IMG/VR virus record: IMGVR_UViG_3300036791_000399
Location: 10,076-74,075 of that record
Reading direction: 5' to 3' (one strand)
DNA: 64,000 nt
From: a virus
The position numbers and the translations under genes are program-made. Below, in pieces: positions 28,236 through 36,073 of this stretch (positions are counted from its first letter, which is position 1; the number at the start of each line of letters is the position of its first letter). A model generated the notes under the pieces. That model did no database searches and was not told where the DNA came from. It saw only the letters and a list, made by a program, of their open reading frames with translations.

Positions 28236-28966
28236 TGCCCGGTTTCAATCCAATCCCCTCCAGCATTCAGATCTCGCGGATGTTGCGCCGGCCGCCGGCT
28301 GTCGGGGGCATCGGGTTCCACTCCGGCATTAAGCAGGCGCCGTTCCCCTTAAAGCGGGCTTTAGGTGGGTCCATCCCCGACAATCCGATGACGCCGGTCA
28401 TCGGCGCCATCAACACGGCGACCCCAGGGCGCGCCGACGCGCACCCGACGCACGTCCCGCCTGGAAGCTACGTCATGCCTGCCGACCTCGTCTCGATGAT
28501 CGGCGAAGGCAACACCGCGGCAGGGCAGGCGATGCTCGCCAAGATGTTTCTGCCGATACAGGCTCAGTCGACGAATCCGATTGCGCAGATGCGGGGCGGC
28601 CCGCCTGGAGGCGGGGGTGCGCCTTTCGGAGCCGAGATGCCGGGATTGCGATCGAAGCCGATGGGTCCGCCACGGCCGATCGAACCGACAATCGTCGGCG
28701 AACCCAAATATCCGATCTACGCTGGGCCCGGTAAGCAGGGCCCTAACTTCGTCCAGGCGCATGGCGGCGTCGTGCAAGGCTCTCCGGACCAACCGGGCAC
28801 TCCGATCAACATTAGCGGCGGCGAGTTTGTGATCCCTCCGCAGGAGGTCAAGCGTCGGGGGCGGGGGGACATCAACCGGGGGCACGAGATCCTCGACGCC
28901 TGGATGAAAGACCTCCGCCAGGAGCACATTAAGACGCTGAAGAAGCTCCCAGGGCCAGCGACGTGA
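28232..28966 (+). CDS. protein with two GG-motif-led copies of a G(S/E)(Y/F)V(M/I)P domain; candidate GG-processing or binding factor
   Basis: RALGG..PGRAD..VPPGSYVMPADLVSMIGEG and QAHGG..ISGGEFVIPPQEV..G.GD. Confidence 0.7.
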   Translation: MMPGFNPIPSSIQISRMLRRPPAVGGIGFHSGIKQAPFPLKRALGGSIPDNPMTPVIGAINTATPGRADAHPTHVPPGSYVMPADLVSMIGEGNTAAGQAMLAKMFLPIQAQSTNPIAQMRGGPPGGGGAPFGAEMPGLRSKPMGPPRPIEPTIVGEPKYPIYAGPGKQGPNFVQAHGGVVQGSPDQPGTPINISGGEFVIPPQEVKRRGRGDINRGHEILDAWMKDLRQEHIKTLKKLPGPAT

Positions 28967-29514
28967 GCAAGAAGTTCAGCCACAACAATCGGCCGCCGAA
29001 ACCGCCGACGGATCTCTCCCACATTCGGCTCGCTGGAGAAGCCGATGAGATGCAGATCTTCAACTTGTGCAGCCTGATGCACGCGGAGGTCGGGCTTCAC
29101 CCGCTGGACTGGCCGAAGATCGCTGCCATGATCCGGCTGGCGACCATGCGAACGCGGGGGATCGTCGGCGTCATTGGCGAGCCGCACGATCTCAAGGCGG
29201 CGATCTTCATGATGATCGAGCCGGTCTGGTACAGCAGCGCTTTCGTTCTTTTGGACTACTTCACTTACGTCAGGCCTGACGCTCGCCAGAGCACCTACGC
29301 CACCGACCTCATCGCCTATGGCAAGCAGTGCGCTGACGGCCTCGGCATCGATTTTGTTTGTGGCGTATTTTCAACTGTTCGTACAGAAGCAAAGTGTAAA
29401 CTCTATCGCCGCGTGATGCCGAAGGTCGGTGAGTTTTATCGCTATCAGCCGAAACCGGAGACGGCAGAGCTTAGCCATTTGTCACAAACCGCCAACCGCG
29501 TAGCCGCAGAGTAG
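28963..29514 (+). CDS. GNAT-fold acetyltransferase-like virion assembly protein
   Basis: IRLA..AD, WYS, YVRPDARQS, KLYRR pattern; position before the ejection genes. Confidence 0.7.
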   Translation: MSKKFSHNNRPPKPPTDLSHIRLAGEADEMQIFNLCSLMHAEVGLHPLDWPKIAAMIRLATMRTRGIVGVIGEPHDLKAAIFMMIEPVWYSSAFVLLDYFTYVRPDARQSTYATDLIAYGKQCADGLGIDFVCGVFSTVRTEAKCKLYRRVMPKVGEFYRYQPKPETAELSHLSQTANRVAAE

Positions 29515-29526
29515 TGGAGACTTGCG

Positions 29527-32500
29527 ATGGGCTCGGTATGCGGAGGCAGCAGCAACCAAACAACGACCAATTCGAGTTCGCCTCCGCCGCAGACGCAGGC
29601 TGACTACCAGGGCTTAATCAATCGCGCGACCGCGGTCGCGAACACGCCCTACACCCCCTATCCCGGCGAGCAGGTCGCCCCGCTCAGCAATCAGACAAAC
29701 ACCGGCCTCGCCAACCTCAACCAGTACGCCTACGCCGCTCAGCCCTATCTGCAGAAAGCGGGCCAGATGACGCAGGGCGCTGCGGCGCCGGTCACTCCGC
29801 AGGCCTTCTCCGGCTCGGCGGTCGGCCAATTTGAGAACCCGTTCACGAGCGACGTGATTCAGGCGACGCAGAACGAGTTCAACAATCAGAACGCTCAGCA
29901 GGCGCAATTCCTCAATAGCCAGAACATTGGCGCGGGCGCATTCGGCGGTGATCGGGCGGGCCTGTCGCAGGCGATCTTGGCCGGTCAACAACAGACAGCC
30001 CAGGCCCCGGTAATCGCAGGCTTGAATCAGGCGAACTACAATCAGGCGCTGGCGGAGTTCAACAATCAGCAGCAGACCGGCCTCGGCGCGCAGGAGTTCA
30101 ACAATCAGCAACTCGGCCAGATGGCCAATCAGTACGGCCAGATCGGCCAGGGGATACAGACTGGAGGCCTGCAGGGCGCAACCGGCCAAATCACCGGAGG
30201 CATGGTCCCGCAGGGCGAACAGCAAGCGATCGACACCGCGCTGCAGAACAACTGGAACCTCGGGCAGGCTTACCCGTATCAGTCGACCGGATTCCTCGGC
30301 AACATCATCGAGGGGATCGGAAGCCAGCAGGGTGGGGTCGGGCAGACGACGTCGCCGGGGCCGAGCGGGCTCAGCCAAATCCTGGGCGCCGCCACCGCGG
30401 GCACGGGCGCGCTGTCGAACCTGTTCGGCTCTGCCGCTGGGGGCACGAGCGCGGCGGCCGGGATCGGCACCGCGCTCTCTTCCCTCTTCGGCTTCTCGGA
30501 CGAGCGCCTGAAAGAGAACATCGTCCCGGTCGGCAAGACCTTCGACGGTCAGACGATCCATAAGTACAACTTCAAAGGCGACCCCAGGACCCAGATCGGG
30601 TTGCTCGCGCAGGAGGTCGAGCGGCGCCATCCTCATGCCGTCGCCGAGGGCCTGGGCGGCCTGAAGGGCGTCAACTACGACGCGGCGACGAGAGAGTCCG
30701 AGCGCGCCGGTTTCGCGGACGGCGGCGTTTCCCCCGGCTCGATCTTCGACCTCGGCGTCGGCAAGCAGGCGTCTCCGGCCGGCGCGCTGGCGTTGATGGG
30801 TGTTCCTGGCGCGAGCGCGGGGACGGGTCGGTTCGGCGCCGGCTCCCTGTCCATGACGCCAGGGGGCACGCTCTTCGGCCGCGGCGAAGCGCCGGTATCC
30901 ACCGGAGGCAATGGACCGTCGCCTTCCAATCCCCTCCAGGGCGGCCCCTGGCAGCATCCCGCTGCGCCGTATACCGCCCCGCAGCCAGGGCCGATGCTAG
31001 CGCCTCGGTCCGGAGTGCAAATGCAAGCGCCAGCGGGGCTGGCCCATGGCGGTCGCGCAGGTTTCGACATTGGCGGTCCGACCGGGCTCGGCAATGTTGA
31101 CATGACCAACATTCCGAACACGCCGTTCGTCGATTTCTCGACCCCGTTTGCGATTGCCCAGGGCACCGGGGTTCCAGGCCCCAACGCCGGTATTGCGAAT
31201 ATCGAGTTCTCCTCGGCCAGTGAGGCGGGAGGCGGGAACAAAGTCTCCGGGCAGACGATCGGCACGTCGAACCTCGCGCCGTCGCAGATCAATCTCTCGG
31301 GCGCCCCTCCTGGCACGACCTTCGCGCCGATCGACTATCAGAACCCAGGCAGCGACTTTCAGACCGCAGGCGCAGAGGCGAGCCTCGGCCCGCATTATTT
31401 CACCGTCGGCAAGAATGGTGAATTGGTCTACGGCGGCGAAGGCACGGGCCCGAGCGGCAGCGTCAATCAGGGGGAGTTGCTCCCTCGTCCCGGCGGGAAC
31501 CTGCCTACCGACACGCCGAAGACTGAGAACGCGCCGCCCGTCGCCGCGCCTGCGGCTGGTCCTGCTGCTCCTGCGGCTGGTCCCGCTACGCCCGTTATCC
31601 CAGCGGGGGGTCGCTCAACGGGGTACAGCGCGAGGGCCATAGCCAACAACCCGTGGCTGGCGAATATGTCTATTCCGGGTGATGCGTTGACTGCTCCCCA
31701 GGCCCATGGCGGCCCTGGCGCAGGCGCGAGCGGCGGTGGGGCGGGCGCGGGCGCGTGGACTGGCGGCAGAATGCCCTTCCAAGGCGGTGGAGGCCTCGAT
31801 GACCCCCGCTACAGCTTCTATACGCCGACGACCGGCAACGCGCGCGGGGCGACCTATCATCCGCCAATCCCGACGCCGCCCACTCCGCAACCGATATATA
31901 CGCCGCGTCATGTCGTGCGTCAGCGTGCGCCGGTCGCTCCGCCGCCGCCCAGGAACTACCCATTGCCTCCGCCTCGGCCGCAGGATCCGCCGCCGCCGCC
32001 CACAGTGGCCGCCGCTCCGATGCCGCTGCCAAGGCTGGATGATTTTCCGCCTCCGCACCCGGACTTCACCGCCCCCAGGTCGGTCGTCGACCCGATGTCT
32101 GGAACGAATGCGGGAATGAACCCGCCACAGGCTGGCGGGAGCATCTTCCATTCCCTCTTGCCCGCCATGCAGGGTCCGCGTGGCTACACGGCGTCGCCGC
32201 CGTCCGACCCCGATCCAGATAGGGCCCGAGGGATCGATATCGCCAGAGGCCTCCTGGACAACCGTCCAGGCTTTTGGAACTCGGGCGGCGTGATGGGCCA
32301 GATGCCGCTCGCGGGCGCCACCGGTTACACGCCGCAGGGCCAGGGCGTGACTGGCTTTGACAGCCAGGGCGCGGCGATGGGCTCGGGCAGCGTGGCGAAG
32401 AAGGCTGCGGGCTTCGACGGTCTGTTCGGCTCCGGTCTGCGCCAGGGCGGTCGCGTGAGCTTCGCGGACGGCGGTCTGAGCGGGCTCGGGATAGATCCGT

Positions 32501-35500
32501 CTGGGGTGCCGGTCATCCAACCGATCCCCTTCGATATTCTCAAGGGTGTCCAGCCGTTGCCGGTGGGCAAGGGGCCGCCGCATCCGACCGATCCGAAGCA
32601 GCAGCAGTCGTCCAGCGACGCAGCGAATACCGGCGGGGCGCTCGGCAAGAGCATCAGTTCGCTCGCGAACGCTTTCAAGGGCAGCGGCAGCGGCGACGAT
32701 GCCCTCGACGCCGCCATTCCGTCAGATCTCTCCGGCGTCGACATGAGTGGCGATTTTGCCGCGTTGCCTGACGACACCTTCGACTTTGGCCTTGGCGGGA
32801 TCGTACGACCGCATTTTGACGATGGCGGCGGCTCTACCGGTGATGGCGGCGACGGCGATGGCGGCTCTACCGGGTTCGGCGGCGGCGACACCGGATTTGG
32901 CGGCGACACCGGATTTGGCGGGATGGGGATGAGTGTCGGTTATGCTGGTTCTCCGACCGGTCCTGGCATCGGGTCTGACGCCGTGGCGGGGGGAACGGCG
33001 GGCGATACTGGCGGCGTCGCAGCAGGGGCCGGTCCTCACGGCACCGCAGGTGCTGTCGGTTACGGCGGCGGGAGCGTCGGCTATGGCGGGACGCATGGCG
33101 GCGGGACGGCAGCGGGCAGCGCAGGAAGCGCAGGTGCTGGTGCGGCTGGCCCAGGCGGGGCGGGCCCTGGCGGAGGCACGGGCGGCGGCGGACATGGAGT
33201 GGGTGCAAGTGCAGGAGCGCCAGGAAACGTCGTAGCAGGCGATTCGCCTCGCGCAATATCTACGGCACTCGAAAATGCGCTGCATCAACAGGCGCTAGAC
33301 GCGCTTTACGGGATGCAGCACAGCAGCCCAATCGGCAACCCGCTTACGGAATTTGGAGTGCAGAGGGCCGGTGGGGTTAGCACAACTGGCGTTCCAGGCC
33401 TCAATTCACAGTCAATCGCTGATCTCTCTGGACAGAATGGTCCAGCTGCACAAGTTGCGGCTCGTCAGGCAAGGGCGGGGGTCGGTGCCCCTAGCCCAGG
33501 GCTGAGCCCTGCTGTCATTTCGGCGATAAATAACGGAATGCGTACAAACGCATTTAACACTCGTCCGACAGGAGCGGAAAGCGTAAGCACGGCCGGTTTG
33601 AGCGCGCCCAGGGCGGCTCCGGCTGTGAGCACGTCGGTGAGCCCGTCAGTAAGTAAGCCGCCTAGCTTTGAGATTGCGCCGACTTATTCGTTTGCGCCGC
33701 GAGGCACGCCTGTTTCCTCGCCCGCGAATACGCCGACAGCGTTCGCGCCCCGAAACACGCCGACGGTCATCGCTAATCCTGGCGACACCACCCCAGGCCT
33801 CGGAGGGCTGACCACAGACCCTGGAAGCACCCAGCCAGCCGGGGGACGGATACCGGGCCTCGCCGTCGCAGGCGACCAGTATGCGCAGCAGGTGGGGCAT
33901 GGCGGCCGCTGGGGCGGCGGCAGAATTTCCTTCGGCCTCGGAGGAATTGCACGATCTGGTTATGCTGATGGCGGCACGCTTCTCGGTCCAGGTCCGCCCG
34001 CGCCTCCGGAGCCCCCGGAGCCTGCTCCGACCGCTCCTATTGCTCCTGCCGCGCCCCTGGCGGAGGCCGCGCCTGCGCCCGCATCGTCCGCATCGTCCGC
34101 ATCTCCGTTCGTCAAGCCGACGCGCGAGCAGGTGCTCGCCTACAATGAGTCGATCGCGGCGAAGCACGGGAATAACCCGGACGTCGTGCGCAAGGTGCTC
34201 AGCGGCGAAATGGGGGGGAAGGATCCCTATCAGGTCGGCGACGCCGGATCGAGTTTCGGCCCCTGGCAACTGCACGAGGGTGGTATCAACCCGGCGATGA
34301 ACCACCCCGGCATGGGCGACGAGTATAAGGCCGCGACCGGGCACGATCCGAACGATCCGCATTACTGGCAGGAACAGAGCGACTTCGCGCAGTCGAAGAT
34401 GGCGGAGCGGGGCCTGCAGCCCTGGGCGACGACGGCTGGCAAGCTCGGCCTTGGCCGCTATGCCAACTTGAACGCCGATGCGCCCTCCGGCGGTGCGCAG
34501 CCCGTCCAGGCGGAACAGGCGCAGCAGCAGACGCAGGCAGTGATGGACGACGCCGAGCGGGCTCCGGACAGGCGGATGATCCAGCCGAGCGTTGGCGACG
34601 CCTTGATGGCGGCCGGTTTCGCGATGATGGCGGGCACCTCGCCGCACGCCATGGTCAACATAGGCCAGGGCGCGCTGGAGGGCATGAAGTACTACCAGAA
34701 CCAGCGACAACTCGATCGCGAGTGGATGAAGAACCAAGCTGAGATCGACAACTATGGCAGCGAGGCGCGCTATCGTGATGCCCAGACCTCTATCGCCACC
34801 CAGAACCTGAACATTGAAATGTACAAGGCCAAGCTCGGCCAGTGGAACGTCCAGTATCAGGGCTGGCTGGCGGCTGGCGGTCATGGCGATCCGCCTCCGA
34901 TGCCAGCGTTGCCGACGTCGTTCGGCGGGTCGGCGACCACTAAGTCAGCGGCTGCGGCTGCGCCTGCCCCAGCGCCAGACTCAGCAGCGGCTCCGGCTCC
35001 GTCACCCACTGCGGCCACTCCCGCTCCGACCTCGACTGGCCCTGGCCCGCTTGTAGCCCCTAAGAAGGCCGCTGGAGCCCCTCCAGTTGCCGCGCCTACC
35101 GCGACACCCCCGAAGGCGGCAACGCCAGCCCCTGCGGCTCCTGCGGCTCCTGCTGACACGACTGCGGCTGCTGGTGCGCCATCCGGTGCGCCTGGGCCGA
35201 CTGATCCGTTCTGGAAGAGCGTCCCTGCCGATCAGAACCCCTACGAACTGATCCGCTTGGCGAAGCTCTATCGGGCCGGGGCGGGCGTTAACCCCGAGAA
35301 CGCGAAGACGGCGGACGAGTATGAAGCCCGCGCCCATTCCATCTGGGACAGCGGCATGGCTGGCGGCGTCCAGATCCCCGGCGTCTCGCAGCAAAAGGCG
35401 ACGACGAAGTATAATGAGGAGATCGCGGGCGAGACTGGCAAGGAAGACGCCAAGCTCCCGGCGCAGATGGATAAGCGGGCTGAGATGGACACTCAGCTAA

Positions 35501-36072
35501 AGGAAATGCAGCACCTCATGCTGACTTTCCAGCCGGAGCATTACGCCGAGCAAAAGGCGGAGATCGCCGCCGCGGTAAATTCGATATTCCCCGGCGCCGT
35601 CCCGCAGGGCGCGCTCGACAACGCGGCAAGCACGCAGCGCTTCCTCAAGGATCAGATGAACGCGGTGATGAACAAGGTTCAGTCGATGGGCGGAAGAGTC
35701 CTGGTCAGCGAGATCGAGACGTTCAAGCGAGCGGTGGCTTCGCCGAACATGCAGCCAGCGGCGGCCGCGGCGATCCTCGCGCAGATGCGCGGCCTGATGA
35801 AGTGGCAAGACCAGCACGATAATGATTACCTCGATTGGCGCGACCAGAACGCCGCCGCGCCGAAGTCGCGGTTTGAAAGGCAGTGGCTCAAGGATCCGAA
35901 GAACAGCCCCGACACCTACATCACGAACGCGCGGCATAACTTCCCCTACCAGGGGCAGGTGATCCCGCCGAACGCTGAAGGGCGCGAGAAGGGCCAAGCC
36001 TACATGACGCCGAAGGGCCCACGAGTCTGGAACGGAACGGGCTGGGATCCGTTCGCAGCCCCGGCGGACTGA
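29527..36072 (+). CDS. giant internal virion/ejection protein: DNA-pilot-like N-terminus, internal peptidase S74-like domain, GG-delimited low-complexity blocks, lysozyme-like domain
   Basis: PY.G..VAPLS, NPFT..V, GAFGGDR; FSDERLKENI..IGLLAQEVE..VNYD; SGEMGG..GDAGSSFGPWQLH. Confidence 0.8.
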   Translation: MGSVCGGSSNQTTTNSSSPPPQTQADYQGLINRATAVANTPYTPYPGEQVAPLSNQTNTGLANLNQYAYAAQPYLQKAGQMTQGAAAPVTPQAFSGSAVGQFENPFTSDVIQATQNEFNNQNAQQAQFLNSQNIGAGAFGGDRAGLSQAILAGQQQTAQAPVIAGLNQANYNQALAEFNNQQQTGLGAQEFNNQQLGQMANQYGQIGQGIQTGGLQGATGQITGGMVPQGEQQAIDTALQNNWNLGQAYPYQSTGFLGNIIEGIGSQQGGVGQTTSPGPSGLSQILGAATAGTGALSNLFGSAAGGTSAAAGIGTALSSLFGFSDERLKENIVPVGKTFDGQTIHKYNFKGDPRTQIGLLAQEVERRHPHAVAEGLGGLKGVNYDAATRESERAGFADGGVSPGSIFDLGVGKQASPAGALALMGVPGASAGTGRFGAGSLSMTPGGTLFGRGEAPVSTGGNGPSPSNPLQGGPWQHPAAPYTAPQPGPMLAPRSGVQMQAPAGLAHGGRAGFDIGGPTGLGNVDMTNIPNTPFVDFSTPFAIAQGTGVPGPNAGIANIEFSSASEAGGGNKVSGQTIGTSNLAPSQINLSGAPPGTTFAPIDYQNPGSDFQTAGAEASLGPHYFTVGKNGELVYGGEGTGPSGSVNQGELLPRPGGNLPTDTPKTENAPPVAAPAAGPAAPAAGPATPVIPAGGRSTGYSARAIANNPWLANMSIPGDALTAPQAHGGPGAGASGGGAGAGAWTGGRMPFQGGGGLDDPRYSFYTPTTGNARGATYHPPIPTPPTPQPIYTPRHVVRQRAPVAPPPPRNYPLPPPRPQDPPPPPTVAAAPMPLPRLDDFPPPHPDFTAPRSVVDPMSGTNAGMNPPQAGGSIFHSLLPAMQGPRGYTASPPSDPDPDRARGIDIARGLLDNRPGFWNSGGVMGQMPLAGATGYTPQGQGVTGFDSQGAAMGSGSVAKKAAGFDGLFGSGLRQGGRVSFADGGLSGLGIDPSGVPVIQPIPFDILKGVQPLPVGKGPPHPTDPKQQQSSSDAANTGGALGKSISSLANAFKGSGSGDDALDAAIPSDLSGVDMSGDFAALPDDTFDFGLGGIVRPHFDDGGGSTGDGGDGDGGSTGFGGGDTGFGGDTGFGGMGMSVGYAGSPTGPGIGSDAVAGGTAGDTGGVAAGAGPHGTAGAVGYGGGSVGYGGTHGGGTAAGSAGSAGAGAAGPGGAGPGGGTGGGGHGVGASAGAPGNVVAGDSPRAISTALENALHQQALDALYGMQHSSPIGNPLTEFGVQRAGGVSTTGVPGLNSQSIADLSGQNGPAAQVAARQARAGVGAPSPGLSPAVISAINNGMRTNAFNTRPTGAESVSTAGLSAPRAAPAVSTSVSPSVSKPPSFEIAPTYSFAPRGTPVSSPANTPTAFAPRNTPTVIANPGDTTPGLGGLTTDPGSTQPAGGRIPGLAVAGDQYAQQVGHGGRWGGGRISFGLGGIARSGYADGGTLLGPGPPAPPEPPEPAPTAPIAPAAPLAEAAPAPASSASSASPFVKPTREQVLAYNESIAAKHGNNPDVVRKVLSGEMGGKDPYQVGDAGSSFGPWQLHEGGINPAMNHPGMGDEYKAATGHDPNDPHYWQEQSDFAQSKMAERGLQPWATTAGKLGLGRYANLNADAPSGGAQPVQAEQAQQQTQAVMDDAERAPDRRMIQPSVGDALMAAGFAMMAGTSPHAMVNIGQGALEGMKYYQNQRQLDREWMKNQAEIDNYGSEARYRDAQTSIATQNLNIEMYKAKLGQWNVQYQGWLAAGGHGDPPPMPALPTSFGGSATTKSAAAAAPAPAPDSAAAPAPSPTAATPAPTSTGPGPLVAPKKAAGAPPVAAPTATPPKAATPAPAAPAAPADTTAAAGAPSGAPGPTDPFWKSVPADQNPYELIRLAKLYRAGAGVNPENAKTADEYEARAHSIWDSGMAGGVQIPGVSQQKATTKYNEEIAGETGKEDAKLPAQMDKRAEMDTQLKEMQHLMLTFQPEHYAEQKAEIAAAVNSIFPGAVPQGALDNAASTQRFLKDQMNAVMNKVQSMGGRVLVSEIETFKRAVASPNMQPAAAAAILAQMRGLMKWQDQHDNDYLDWRDQNAAAPKSRFERQWLKDPKNSPDTYITNARHNFPYQGQVIPPNAEGREKGQAYMTPKGPRVWNGTGWDPFAAPAD

Positions 36073-36073
36073 C

